Shown piece by piece: positions 12,331-25,139 of a stretch of 64,000 nucleotides of DNA (position 1 is the stretch's first letter; each line of letters starts with the position of its first letter). The DNA lies in assembly GCA_951406725.2 (NCBI GenBank), contig OX597837.1, positions 13,330,001 to 13,394,000 on the forward strand, read 5' to 3'. The notes beneath the pieces are model-generated. The model saw nothing but the letters and a program-made list of their open reading frames with translations, did no database searches and was not told the DNA's origin. Source of the stretch: Octopus vulgaris. Taxonomy: Eukaryota. Both the position numbers and the translations under genes were made by a program.

Positions 12331-13860
12331 AGACCCTCTTTTGCCTGGTGCTGGTCCAGAAAAAGAGGCACCCAGTACATTAAATCAGTGTATGCAGGAC
12401 TTGAGAAAAATTCTTTAGTTTTGCCAAAGACCTCAGTGCTGATGCCACAACAGGGGAAAAAAAGGAGGGGGGCAAGAATAGTTGTTAGTACAGTTGCGGA
12501 AACCATAGCAACACTGAGAAACTGGTTTAAGATAACACTCTCCAAACTGTCCCATAAGGAAAACAAATGTAAAAATATTACAAACAGTACTAACTGTTGT
12601 CTGTCAGATTTCCAAACTTTCATACCACTGTATTGACCGAAATTGAGAAATGGCAGCATTTCTAAACTCCTCATATTCCCACACGGGTCTGAGCTGATGG
12701 CATGGAAGGTTCATTTCTTATTTTGATATTACAAGCACAATGACAGTCCTATCAAATTCTCAATTTAAATAATAAATACATTAGAGCATTACTTTGGTAA
12801 CCACTCAATGTATCCATGGATAAACAAATTGTAGTATATGCAAACATATACCTGTGTGTGTGTTTGTGAGACATGTCACTATGCCATCAAGGGACAACAC
12901 CCTGAACCTGACTGTACCATCTCATCTTGTTGCGTAGCTCTGACACCAATTAGAATTAGAAAAAAGTAAAAAAAATTAAGCCCTTTTGATTTCTGGCAAC
13001 ACTTGGGTTGACTCGTCACTGAACGTTGTTTATATAATCTTTCAGTCATTGATCCGCAGCCATGCAGGGTCGTTGCTTTGAATAATGTCCCATATTAAGC
13101 AACCATTTCATATATCTATTTTTAAATGGATCTAAGCAGAAACCAATAAGGAAAAATATTCCTGAAATTGGCCCTTCATTTCTGGAGATTGGGTGAGGGC
13201 GGGTTCGTTTGCCAGTCCACAGTAAGATTTTACCAACAAGCATTCACCCCCGCCAAATTAAGATCCAGCTTTCCATTCTACAATGTCTACTTGCTAACAG
13301 TTTAAGTTTTTTTATGATACCATCTTGTCTCAGACCACATCTACTTAAAATTTTAAAAAAATTTTTAATATTAAAAACCAACCATAAATTTATGTTAACA
13401 CTCATTTCTAAAGATAATTGAATGGCAAAACCATTTTGGCTTCAGAGATGTACACGTTAAGCAAGTGATTTGATCTGAGACCAGAAGCCGGAACTAAAAC
13501 AATTACAGAACAGAAAGCATATTGTTAAATGACTAAAAACAACTGCATTGGAACTGTGTCAGTGACCAGGTCGCAATTGGTGTGATGAAATTTTGGAAAC
13601 CAAATAATGGAACATTTAAGCGAAGATAACAGACCATGCTTTTCAACGCCCGACACGTGTCTCCCAAGCTGTACTTGGTCTCATTATTTTAATAAATCCT
13701 CCAAAGTTGCTGGTTATTTGCAAAAGTAAGTGAAACACATCATGTAATGTAATTTTAACAGAAGTGTGGTAATGAAAAACATTCAAAGTGTGAAAATATA
13801 ACCTGATGAATAGATGAAACTCTGATACAAGCAAACCAAGTGTCAACAGAATAAAGACCA

Positions 13861-13866
13861 TTTATT
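13861..13866 (-). terminator. Polyadenylation signal AATAAA of RPL15
   Basis: TTTATT on the + strand, about 100 nt past the RPL15 stop codon. Confidence 0.6.
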
Positions 13867-13967
13867 CCTTCCTCTTCTCACTGAGAACCAAACAGAAGCA
13901 GATTGCAGAAAGAAAAAACACAACAAACTGACCCCGTTTGTAAAATATATTTGAAAGTACATTAGGT

Positions 13968-14273
13968 TTATCGCTTTCTTCGCAGAGAAAGGATTTGCCT
14001 TCGTTTCCAGGAAGCGTGACGGGAGCCACCAATGGTCTTGTGGAATCCATGACCTTTTCCGAGACCTCTGGAAGAGCGACCAGCAGCTGTCAAACCTCTC
14101 ATCTCTCTGTGCTTGTGCACAGCCTTGCAAATCCAATTTATCTTGGGATCACGGCGAATAGCTTTGTGAAATGGGTCGACTAGGATCACTTCAAAGAATT
14201 TGAATGTTGAATCTTCAGCAACCCAGTAGGAGTTAAGCACTCGCAGAGATTTACAACGGCGACCAACCTTGTC
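13968..14273 (-). CDS. RPL15: 60S ribosomal protein L15 (eL15), last coding exon
   Basis: Acceptor TTTCAG|GAC; [49 protein letters not shown]...LSLRRKR*; 306 nt. Confidence 0.97.
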   Translation of the reverse strand, partial: DKVGRRCKSLRVLNSYWVAEDSTFKFFEVILVDPFHKAIRRDPKINWICKAVHKHREMRGLTAAGRSSRGLGKGHGFHKTIGGSRHASWKRRQILSLRRKR

Positions 14274-15126
14274 CTGAAACACAAAAAAAGAACAAACATT
14301 TAAGGACCAAAACTCTAAGATATTCCAGTTTAACATTGGTAGTTACAACAACACACAATACCTTTCTGCCAAAACATGTGAAGTACAACAGACTAGGAAC
14401 ACTGCATCATATATTGAACATTTTCTTTGGAAACATGTTGACAGCGAGACTACAACAACGACCAACACACACTGTACATACAGATGCAGATGAGCTTAGC
14501 AGCATCCCATTGGTCTACATTCTGAGTTCAATTTTCCCTTTCAGGAACAATATAATAAGCACCAGTCAAACACTGGGGTCAATGCAATCCACCAGCCCCA
14601 CCTTCACCAAATTTCAGGCCTTGTGCCTATAGTAAAAAGGATTACACATTTGGAGACGAGTCACCACAGTAAACAACTTGACTGTCATACAGTAATCCCA
14701 AAAGTGCAAAATTGACAACCACCTCTCGTATGTCAGTGGATTTCCCAATCAAACCAAGGAAATTGTTTCTCTTCATCTTTCTATTGCAGATACTACGACT
14801 AGCAGCAATAGATGATACCAATCCCCAGTCTTGGAATGGTAGTTTATCCATCGGACTGTAAGTATGAAAGGCTAAGTTGACCTCAGAGGACACCTGACTA
14901 CTGAATCAGATAGATAAAGCATATTTCTATTTAGTAAAGATGTTTAAGAATTTTGAATATTTGTATATGTGCCAATGATAAAAACCCAAATGCTCCAACA
15001 ATTTTCCAATTTACCACTTTTAATCCTTTCATTACCATATTTCAGTAGAAATACATTACATTTGTGGCATTTTGATGAAAGGTTTCAATTTAGATTTCTT
15101 TAAAACAAGAAATTTGTATCATAGGA

Positions 15127-15345
15127 CTAACCCTTTACTGTTCAGATTTCTCTGCCAAATGTAACGCTTATTTATTCACACTGGCTTTGAATTAATCATG
15201 CCATACCTTGTTTTGAGATTTCAATGATGTGATTGCTTATTTTTAGAGTAATATTGTAGGGTTAGTTTGAAAGGCTGGATCTGGCCAGTTTGAAGACAAA
15301 AAATTACTTTGGTCAGATATAGCTGGCTTAAATCAAAAAGGTTAA
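15127..15345. mobile_element. piggyBac-like MITE copy in RPL15 intron
   Basis: (C)TAACCCTTT...AAAAGGTTAA ends; internal similarity to 4104-4363. Confidence 0.5.
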
Positions 15346-16676
15346 ACAGATTTCCAAAATTCTAAAAGCAAACTACTTTTGGGAATATGCAGAATCTTGC
15401 AGATTCAGTTGTCAAAGATTATTACAGATGTTATCAGCTTTCTACAAAACCAGCCAACTCTTAAAGCCCCACAATGCAGATATGGCAACAATTCAAATGT
15501 TTCAGTTTCAAAAACTGGAACTAAGCACTCAAGTTTAGCCACAAGTTAGGAAGAACTTCCTGTCAGAACACATTTCATTTGCACCACAGGTGTCCGGTTC
15601 TTTTTCGTTTTTCCCTGTTTTATCGAGAATTTCTATTTTTGACATTAAAGGCAGTTAATACCTCAAGCTGAGAAATAGAAGTCAGTGATATTTATGAAGG
15701 ATTTAATAAGATTTGTGTCCAGGAATCGATGTCTTGTAAATTATATATTTAAAACTCCATGCAATTAACTATATCTAATTGAGTTGAAAGGATGTGACAA
15801 AAAGGTACAAACTACCTGCAATAATGTACTCCAGTGACTTTTAGATCATAAAAGCACATTTCACCCAAATTCAAACAGCAATTGGTTTTATTATAATCCT
15901 TCTGAACCAACTAATTATCAAAATCTCTAGTTGATTGACAGACTTCTGAGAAAGTTAGTGTGAGAATGTCGACAGTAAAAGAGTGAAAATAGCAAACCAT
16001 TGGCCATTCTGTGAATGCAGCACAAGAATGTAGAAAATAAGATCCTCTAAATCTTCTACACGGAAAGATCTAAGCCGAGAAATTCAAAGAGGGTTTAATG
16101 GTATGTTAATAAAGAATTGTCAACAGTAATAGCAATTTGTAATTCCACTCACCCCACTATTTCTGCAAGGGTCATGGGGACAGAGCCCTCACACACCTCC
16201 TCCATAGAATCCTATCAAAAGCAACTCACATCACCCTTTTCCTGTTGGATTCCCAAGCATGACCAACTGAGATTATGGAAATTCTTCAACCATCCCGTTT
16301 TTGGTCTTCCCAGTTTAGCTCAGCTCAAAGAATTTACTTAGCAATTCTTTTCTTTGACGTTCTAATCCAGTCTGTAAAACCCCAACTGTTTTCTAAAAAC
16401 AACACATTGCATACCATAGTCCCATATTCTAAAAAAGGACATGGTCTGCCCGATCAAGACAGCACAGGAGTCAATAGTTTTAAGCTCTTGAATAATGTGG
16501 CACTTCATGATAGTGTGGGTGGTAAAGAGAGGACTCACCGGGATTTATACAGTATTTTGATTGTTTTAACAATTCAGACATGAAAACAAAGTGAAAAAGC
16601 ACAAGTTACACTGCAACTGAAATAGGTTTGGAGAGGTGGTAGGACAGGTATGTGATTAGTAGAAAATATTACCTAC

Positions 16677-16813
16677 CTCAGCAACAGCTCTCAGACACCT
16701 GGCAAACTTCAGTTGATTGACACCATGAGTCTTGGGTTTACCATAAGTGGCACCTTTTGGTACGGGTCGTTTACGTCCACCACGGCGAATACGGATCCTA
16801 TAGATGACGTAGC
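16677..16813 (-). CDS. RPL15: RPL15 middle coding exon (missed by ORF track)
   Basis: Acceptor TTTCAG|GC and donor GAG|GTAGGT; (G)[45 protein letters not shown]; 137 nt, phase-compatible with both neighbouring exons. Confidence 0.97.
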
Positions 16814-17115
16814 CTGAAATATGAAACAATTAAGATGAAAAGTGCAATCATTGGGTAGGCAGTGTTAAGTGGGGGTGTTTTTTGTTAATTCTCTACATGC
16901 AGCAATAACAAAAATTTCTAAAGAGTTAAAAGTTTAATTTCACATCTTGTATGAAAAAAAAAAAAGTTGAAATATTTCAGATGTTTTTATCATTAGTTAT
17001 GTTTCAATTTGAAATGCAGTTTAATAAATAACAAAGAACTTATTCTGATGGCATAGCTGTGTAACCAAGTTTACATGCCAAACCATACAGCCAAGCCAAA
17101 ATCTTGAGTGGATTT

Positions 17116-17485
17116 GATAGATAGATAGTTAATTTTTTGGCTCAAAAAGCAAGGCCATGTAGGGGGACATGGAGTTATATACAGGGTGGTGTTCATGTAA
17201 AGAGTTCAGGCCACTTGTGGTCAAGGGAGACTTTGAACCAAGCGGTCGTCAGCATCTTCACTATCTCGTCCGGCAGCTTATTCCACGGATCCGCAATCTG
17301 GACGGAGAAAGTCCTTCTCCTTCAATTGAGATGAAATCGTCGCAAATAGAGCTTTTCGGAATGACCCCGCAGCCGACGCTCTGGAGCAGGAGTGAAGAAC
17401 AGGTCTTTCGAGAGTTTACACTTTCCGCTTATGATGTTGTAAGCAAGAATGAGATCACCAAGGCGTCGTCGTTTTTCTAGAGAGG
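17116..17485 (-). mobile_element. CR1/L2-clade LINE 3' end in RPL15 intron
   Basis: LEKRRRLGDLILAYNII...RLRGHSEKL...FSVQIADPWNKLP C-terminal motif, followed by a (CTAT)n tail. Confidence 0.8.
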
Positions 17486-17600
17486 TTACACTTTCTGCAT
17501 GAAAGAATCTCATCATGTGTGTGCGTTCATATTCTATATCTTCATGAATGCTTACTGATCACAAGCAATGCTTTTGCTAATGTCATCCTCTGCTTGCAGT

Positions 17601-17947
17601 TGGGGTGAAGTTGTTTGATAAGAGGACTGAAGATTTCATGGGAAGGCAGGAGTTGGAGGAATTGGTGGAATGGTTGGCAAGGGCGAATGAAGAGAGGTGG
17701 TATGGGCATGTGTTGAGGAGGGTGAATGTGTTTGAGGTACATGGAGCATGAAAGCAAGGTAGACAGAGGAAAAGGTGGAGGGGACGTGTGAAGGCGGAAA
17801 TTGGGAGGGTTGGTTTGAAAAAGGACGACCCCCAAAACTGAGCAAGATGGCGAGACGGTGTGAGGGCTGTTGCTATGGCATTTGGGTAGATCCGAGCACC
17901 CCCGTTAACAGGGATAAAACCCAGATTTAAAATACTTGATGATGATG
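17601..17947 (+). mobile_element. 5'-truncated RTE LINE insertion in RPL15 intron
   Basis: RWYGHVLRR...GRPPK motif, (GAT)n tail, and perfect 13-bp TSD CTCTGCTTGCAGT (17588-17600, 17948-17960). Confidence 0.85.
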
Positions 17948-18196
17948 CTCTGCTTGCAGTCCACCACAAGAGCATGTTCAGACTTTTTGTTGTTTGATGG
18001 ATTGGATGATTGTTACCGTCTTTGGAAACAGATGGAGTGCTGACATCAGGAAAGCCATTTGGCCACAGGAAACCCTGCCTCCACATACTCTCAGCCGATT
18101 CATGCAAGCATGGAAAAGCAGACGCTGAAATAAAGATATGGTGACGAAATTTTGCCAGTAAATCAAGATGCAAATGAGTTAATGTATTGCAAATAC

Positions 18197-18368
18197 CTTG
18201 TTTGGACTTGTAGCCAAGACGTCTGGCCTTTTCTGGTCTGGATGGTCTTGGTGCTCGGTGAAGCACGTTCAACTGGCGATACTGCCAGCAGCGGACACGG
18301 AGCAAGAATCTCATGACATCGCTTTGCTTCTTGCGATAGATCATCTGTATATATTTGTAGGCACCCAT
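18197..18368 (-). CDS. RPL15: RPL15 first coding exon
   Basis: [58 protein letters not shown]; donor AAG|GTATTT; acceptor TTTCATTCCAG about 9 nt upstream of the ATG; 172 nt. The three coding exons total 615 nt = 204 aa + stop. Confidence 0.98.
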
Positions 18369-19267
18369 TTTGACTGGCTGGAATGAAAAAGAAATATTTT
18401 AATACAACTGGTTAAGAGGAAAATTGAATAAAGACCCCTCCCCCACACTTATAAACTTAGTGGAGTGCCGCTCTTAACCAATAATGAGCCAAAAAAACAC
18501 ACTAAGCATTTCACATGAAAAAAGCATCCTTTTCTATTCCAAGGGTTTTGAACCTGCTCGAAATAACAGCCACAATACCCTCAAACTATATTCTAACCTA
18601 TTTTTAAAATGTGTACTTACAAATGTACTGAGCCTAAGATGAAATGGTCATGGCTGGAGAGTCTTTGATCATAGGTTTCCTTGATTAGGACAATAATACT
18701 AGACATGCAATATAACAACCTATTTCACAACATGGATCAGCAACAGATGGGCCACTAAAGTAGTCTCCATGGGCCTCACACCTTCCCTAAAAATGTTTCA
18801 AAGTTTGATCCGAATACTTTGAGAAACATTCATGAGGAACGGCTTGGGAAACTGGCGTTTGCCTACAGATGATCAAGGGAGACATATTAAGACATGCTAA
18901 AATTCGGGAAGGAAATCCATTGGATAAAATGTTTAGGAAAACCTATGAACAAGAAACATGCGATATTGAATGTTTATAAGATGTTCGGTTTTGTGATATA
19001 TCGCAAATACGTGGAACGAGCGAGAGGAGTGAGTGGTGGAGTGGAAATTTAGTGTGACAGGGTTGTTAAATATCTTGGACCCGGTATGGAAGAATAGCGA
19101 GTCAAGATAAAATTCACATCCGCCGTGACCACCACATAAATAAGACCAAAGAAGAACTGATGCCCCAAGTCAAAGACAAGCTGAAATTATGGTTAATTAA
19201 TATGAAGATCCGCACCCGGTGGGAAAATTGGAAACGAAAACGTGTAACAGTTGTAATGCACTGTATA

Positions 19268-19430
19268 TATTTCTTTACTACCCACAAGGGGCTAAACATA
19301 GAGGGGACAAACGGATTAAAGTCGATTACATCGACCCCAGTGCGTAACTGGTACTTTATCGACTCCGAAAGTATGAAAGGTAAAGTCGACCTCGGTGGAA
19401 TTTGAACTCAGAACGTAACGGCAGACGAAT
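19268..19430 (-). mobile_element. SINE (GAGTTCAAATTCCGCCGAGGTCGACTTTGCCTTTCAT family), partial
   Basis: Recurrent family, also at about 14495-14645, 21345-21650, 21935-22150, 30225-30420, 35900-36230, 43020-43240, 59412-59647 and 62540-62745. Confidence 0.7.
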
Positions 19431-20046
19431 GCACCCGTATATTAAAGGGGTATGAGATTATTAGATGCTCCTTCTCTCCCACTAATAAGTACATATACAT
19501 TATTTTCAGCTTGATTTTTCTTTTCCATTTCTTAATTATATTAAGAACCACAAATATACGACTGAGAAATTCCCTTATCGACCACGAAAGCTTCAATTAT
19601 AACTGAAGATATCGTGTAATTAATAGAAGCGATTCCTCAATCAGCACATGGAGGGATGGATGCTACAAGAATCAGGTTTTAGTCCCAAACCGGGCGGAGA
19701 GAAATATGAAATAACGGCTGAAATACTGAAGGAAATAGACGGGGAAAAAGGATCTACAACGGCTTTAACACCGTTGAGAATTATACATATAAGCGGTAAT
19801 GAAGTAATTTTTTTTTTAAAGCTAAATCTATAATAAGACTCGTGGTGGTCATGTCTGGTGGTGATGATGCATGCACGGCATTCAGCATGGAAAGATAAAT
19901 AAATCGAACGCAAATATTTGAAACATAATTCAATAGACATCACATAAATTTACCTGGCTATTGATTAAAATATAAATTAAACTGGATGGTTTGCTAAAAA
20001 CATACAGATTACAGTGAATTAGAACAAGGTTGGAAATTGCACATAC

Positions 20047-20078
20047 TTAGCTTAATGGAGACACTACCGGAAAGAGAG
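20047..20078 (-). other. RPL15: RPL15 non-coding exon 1 with 5'TOP/TCT polypyrimidine start
   Basis: Minus strand reads CTCTCTTTCCGGTAGTGTCTCCATTAAGCTAA|GTATGT, the typical ribosomal-protein TCT initiator followed by a donor. Confidence 0.75.
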
Positions 20079-20092
20079 AAATTTCTTCACGA

Positions 20093-20118
20093 GAGAGGAT
20101 TATGGGTAACAGGAAGTT
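20093..20118 (-). promoter_or_regulatory. RPL15 proximal promoter: ETS site (ACTTCCTG) and Staf/ZNF143-like site (TACCCATAATCCTC)
   Basis: Motifs lie 15-40 nt upstream of the TOP tract. Confidence 0.45.
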
Positions 20119-20777
20119 TGACTATTATGATTATGCTTACAATCGGTGTAAGATCAAATAGTTTCCCCTAAAAAAAACACCCGTTATTCGAAAAATAAAA
20201 TATGTTTACGGATAGTTAATAATTTGTTAGAACGAAAAATTTATGCTTACATTTTAAATAGCTAAATTCGTATATATAAACGTAAATAAATGAGGAAATT
20301 ACAAATTTAGATTCAAATTAATTCTACAGAATTCTGATTTTGTTTCTATTTTCCTCTATCAACTGAAATATTTTATGAAAGGATATTCACTTGTACATTA
20401 AATTCTAAAATATTTCGCCTTAGAATTTGTGGCGTCCTACAGAGATCCCTGTGACTGGATATCCCTTTATGGTTTCGATCCTTCATGAGGTACCCCGTAT
20501 TTCATAACCATCTTTTTATGCCTCCACCCGCGAAATATATGAATGTCTCGTCGTTCTATTTCCTCTCCACAAAATCTAAAACTCAACTTTTGTATTATAT
20601 GAATAACTGCATATTCCTCTCATGCAAGGTTTAGAACGGATTGTTCAGGTTCTATTCCTTGAAAACCAAAACTATTCGGGATAACTTCTACTGTGAAGTG
20701 CATATATTAATGATCATAAAATGTTCTGTTCAGGTCACTCGGATCTTGAAACGATTGAGATGTGGGATTGTCTATGG

Positions 20778-20956
20778 CAGTGGTCTTAAACCAGGGTTCC
20801 GCAAGAAGTTACAAAACTGCTAAAATCAGCAGTAATTTTTAATTCTCCTGTGCAGATATTTGTGTATAAGACTATTAAATCATTGCACAGGGGTTCCTCG
20901 AGCCAGTGGAATGTTTCCTTGGGGTTCCGCTCCAGCAAAAAGTTTGAAAAGCATTG
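20778..20956. mobile_element. hAT (Buster/Charlie-type) MITE
   Basis: Ends CAGTGGTCTTAAAC / GTTTGAAAAGCATTG; perfect 8-bp TSD GTCTATGG (20770-20777, 20957-20964). Confidence 0.85.
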
Positions 20957-22171
20957 GTCTATGGAGTGTAGGCCATCAACGACTTTTCTTCCCTATTCTC
21001 AACTCAAGGCTGTCTTTTCCTCTCCCATATATTGTTGGTTTTAAATCGTCATTCCTGCATCTACAACTTTGCTTTTTTCCAAGTAGGGGTATTGGCTCTA
21101 CATCATCATCATCATTTAATGTCTGCTTTTCATGCTAGCATAGATTAGACTGTTTGACTGAAAACTGGTAAGCCAGGGACCTGCACCAGGTTCTGATCTG
21201 ATCTGGCAAGGTTTCTACAGCTGGATGCCCTTCCTAACACCAACCACTCCGTGAGTGTAGTGGGTGCCATTGACCTGACACTGATATCAGTCACAACTAC
21301 AGGCTCACTTGGCTTGACAGGTCTACGCACGCATGGTCGTTTTTTTTTTATTGCCCACAAGGGGCTAAACATAAAGGGGACAAACAAGGAAAGACAAAGG
21401 ATTAAGTCGATTACATTGACCCCGAAAGGATGAAAGGATTATTATTATTAAGGTGATGAGCTGGTAGAATCGTTAGCATGCTGGACAAAATGCTCAACAG
21501 TATTTCACCCGTCACTACGTTCTGAGTTCAAATTCTGCTGACGTCAACTTTGATTTCCATCCTTTCAGGGTCAATAAGGCAATGTAATCGACTAACTCTC
21601 CTTCCCTCAAATTTCAGGCCTTGTGCCTTTAGTAGAAAGGATTATTATTATTCTTATTTTTAACTGAGCCAACACTGAAGAGGTTCTGCTTTCATACCTT
21701 GTTTCTAGAATATTTTATATGGTCTAGGATAAATCACCCTTGTGGGACCCGTGTAATTTACCCACAGCATTTGAACACAAACCTGCAAATTAACAAAACA
21801 CACATCAATTTCATTATGCTACCACTGTTTACAATATGATGAATTGAAGGGTCTTTTTTTATATTTATAATTTGGCGAATCCAACAAATTGGGCATTTTA
21901 TGCATCAAGTGTTGTCAATATTTTATGTCTGTAAGGGAGCGAGCTGGCAGAACCATTATCACATGGGGCAAAATGCTTGGCAGCATTTCATCCATCATTA
22001 AGTTCTGAGTTCAAATTCTGCCAAGGTTGACTTTGCGTTTCATCATTTTGGGGTCAATCAAATAAGTACCAATTAAGCACAGGAGTCAATATATTCCACT
22101 TACCCCTATGCTGAAATTGTGGCCTTGTACCAAGATTTATAAACCAATATTTTATATTTGTATAAGGTGGT

Positions 22172-22503
22172 AAAGGTGCATGGCTCAGTGGTTAGAGCAT
22201 CGAACTTACAATCATGAGGTGATGAGTTCAATTCCCAGACCAGGCTGTGTTGTGTTCTTAAGCAAGACTCTTAATTTCACGTTGCTCCAGTTAACTCAGC
22301 TGTAGAAATGAGTTGTGACATCACTGGTGCCAAACTGCATCAACCTTTGCCTTTTCTTTGGACAACATCGGTGGTGTGGAGAGGAGAGGCTGGTGTGCAT
22401 GGGCGATTCTTGGTCTTCCATAAACAAACTTGCCTGGACTTGTGCCTTGGTGGGGAACCTTCTAGGTTCAATCGCATGGTCGTTCATGACTGAAGGGGGT
22501 CTT
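22172..22503 (+). mobile_element. tRNA-derived SINE with CORE-like middle region
   Basis: Box A TGGCTCAGTGG, box B GAGTTCAATTCC, CORE-like TTGTGTTCTTAAGCAAGAC...CAGCTGT; 9-bp TSD TAAGGTGGT (22163-22171, 22504-22512). A decayed relative lies at about 33903-34130. Confidence 0.75.
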
Positions 22504-24479
22504 TAAGGTGGTGAGCTCACAGAATCATTACCATACTAGGCAGAATGCTTAGTGGCATTTTGTCCCATCTTAAAGTTCTGAGCTGAAATTCCTCCAAGAA
22601 TGACTTTGTGTCAAAATTTGACGCTAATATTTCATGCTTGCACATTATCAAAGGCTGAAAGTCCTTGTAATTCCAGAATTATCTTAATTTCATGTGGACA
22701 CACGCATGAACGTACCCCCTATACATACATGTATGAAGAAATTCTTTGTCTAAAACAAATTTTGCTTCATTTAAAGTTTTATTAAATGTAAGATGGTGGA
22801 AGCTATCCATAAAACCTAGGAATAAGTTTCACAGATCTTGGGAAACCATTAACAGGTTTTGAGACAAAATATTTTGGGAACAGCTGAGTGGAGCAAAGGG
22901 CAAAGTATCTTGCAGTATTTCGCCACATCTTGAGTTCAGATTCTAATCTGGTTCCATTCTTCAGTAATAAAATGTTGAACTTTTGATGCGATTGGCAATT
23001 ATTGATCTTTTTGAAGAAAAACGCCTATATTTTATCAATAGTAAATTATCGAAACGTTAAATTTTATAGAATGACTAGGAGTCGGAGAAGTACTCGGGGA
23101 CTCCTGCTCCACAAAAACCAATTAGTAAACTGAGCAAAGCCAGTACCATTGACTGATTTCAAGCAAATTAGAAGAAGGGAGATAATCACAAAATTTTAAA
23201 AATTATTTTTCAATTTCAGTGGTTGTCTCCCCTGCTCCACTAAATCAGTCATCACGATAAGAATCGGTTCTTTTCGTTATGAATTTAAGTTTCATTAATT
23301 TAAATTCTACATGTGAACTTCCTTTGACTGATTACTATCTGCAGTTCAGTTCAGTGGATTATCTAAGAAGTGTAAGTGATCAGATTATAGGGAATTAACC
23401 ATTCAACATTGAATATGTATCGAGAGACAAGCAAGCGTGGCTGTGTGGTAAGACGTTTGCTTCACAACCACACGGTCACAGGTTCAATCCCACTGAGTGG
23501 CACCTTGGGCAAGTGTCTTTTACTATAGCTATGAGCCAACCAAAGCCTTGTGAATGGATTTGGTAGACGGAAACCGAAAGAAGCCCGTGGGTGGGTGTGG
23601 TTATGTCTCCTTGTGTGGACATTGCACAATAGTTGTAAATGAATGTCAGTTATACAGTGTTGTCGAACATGTCTGGTGATGGGGAAATATTAGCTTGCTT
23701 GGAAATAGATGAGGGTTGGCAACAGGAAGGGCATCCAGCTGTAGAAAATCTGCCCACCTCATGCAAACATGGAGAAGTGGATATTAAAATAATGTTGATG
23801 CTGAAACACAACACATTTTTTACCTATTGTTACCTTACCAGCACATGAAAAACAAGATTCAAGCGTGGTCGTTGCCACTGCTGGCAGACTGGCTCCCATG
23901 CAGGTAGCACGTAAAAGACACCTTTTGAGCATGGTCATTGCCAGTACCACTTGACTGGCCCTCATGCCAGTTGCAACTAAAAGTACCCACCACACTCTCG
24001 GAGTGGTTGGTGTTAGGAAGGGCATCCAGCTGTAGAAACTCTGCCAGATCAGATCGAGTCTGGTGCGGGCTCAGTCAAACCATTCAACCCATGCCAGCAT
24101 GGAAAGCGGACGTTAAACGATGATGACCCTTCTGATTCCTATTTCACTCAGGTGGACCCTAATGGCCATTCAATGTTTAAAAAAATGCTGCTATATTTTT
24201 ATAATTAAATATTAGGAATTGTACAGAAAAACTGTAACAATATCCTGTGTATTGTGGAAGTAGAACTGATTGACTGGACATAAATTTTAACAACAAAATC
24301 TTATGTGGACCCCAGTTGAGCACCATTGATATAGTTTTGGGGAGATATTAAGATATTGAAAAATCAAACCAATATCACATCTTAGTTATCATTTATGCTA
24401 CCTCTTTCTCTCTCTCTCTCACACATAAAAAGACTGGGTGTTGGGTATATTGTTAACTTCTTTGGAATTTCTTGCTGTA

Positions 24480-24896
24480 GGCACAGGAGTGGCTGTGTGG
24501 TAAGTAGCTTGCTTACCAACCACACGGTTCTAGGTTCAGTCCCACAGCGTGGTACCCTGAGTAAGTGTCTACTACTATAACCTTGGGCTGACCAAAGACT
24601 TGTAAGTGGATTTGGTAGACGGAAACTGAAAGAAGCCCGTCATATGTATATGTATATGTATATATATACGCACATATACATGCATGTATGTGTGTCTGTG
24701 TTTGTCTCCCCACCATCGCTTGACAGCCGATGCTGGTGTATTTATGTCCCTGTAACTTAGCAGTTCGGCAAAAAAGACCAATAGAATAAGTACTAGGCTT
24801 ACAAAGAATAAGTCCTGGGGACGATTTGTTCAACTATAGGCAGTGCCCCAGCATGGCCGCAGTCAAATGACTGAAACAAGTAAAAGAATAAAAGAA
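24480..24896 (+). mobile_element. Abundant tRNA-derived SINE with internal (TA/TG)n and (TAAAAGAA)n tail
   Basis: GGAGTGGCTGTGTGGTAAG...GGTTCAGTCCCAC...GGATTTGGTAGACGGAAACTGAAAGAAGCCCG. Full or partial copies lie at about 5030-5250(-), 7082-7232(-), 7492-7640, 9315-9480, 23431-23590, 33481-33895, 34930-35140(-), 37343-37447(-), 40430-40580, 53896-54302, 56537-56947(-), 57747-58146, 58505-58858 and 59355-59960(-). Confidence 0.85.
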
Positions 24897-25139
24897 CATT
24901 ATTATGCTCTGAGTTTAATTCCATCAATGGTCATCTCTATTGGGACCGATATGTTTCAAATAATGTGCTACAGGTGACTGATATTATTACAGTTTTGTGG
25001 GTCTTTGAGAGAAATCTTTGATTTTCCTTGAGAGGTGGCATCCTTGTTGAAATAAAGAAATCATAGTAGTGCCAAACGGGAAGTAAGGATACATAGGACC
25101 AGGGAGCAGAGTGCATAAAATATCTGAGGATTATCGTAA

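Noticed and set aside
17583-18368. 261-aa ORF suggesting an RPL15 fusion with a novel C-terminus
   Set aside because: It is read-through past the donor at 18197 into the intron and an antisense RTE insertion; the spliced model gives the canonical 204 aa.
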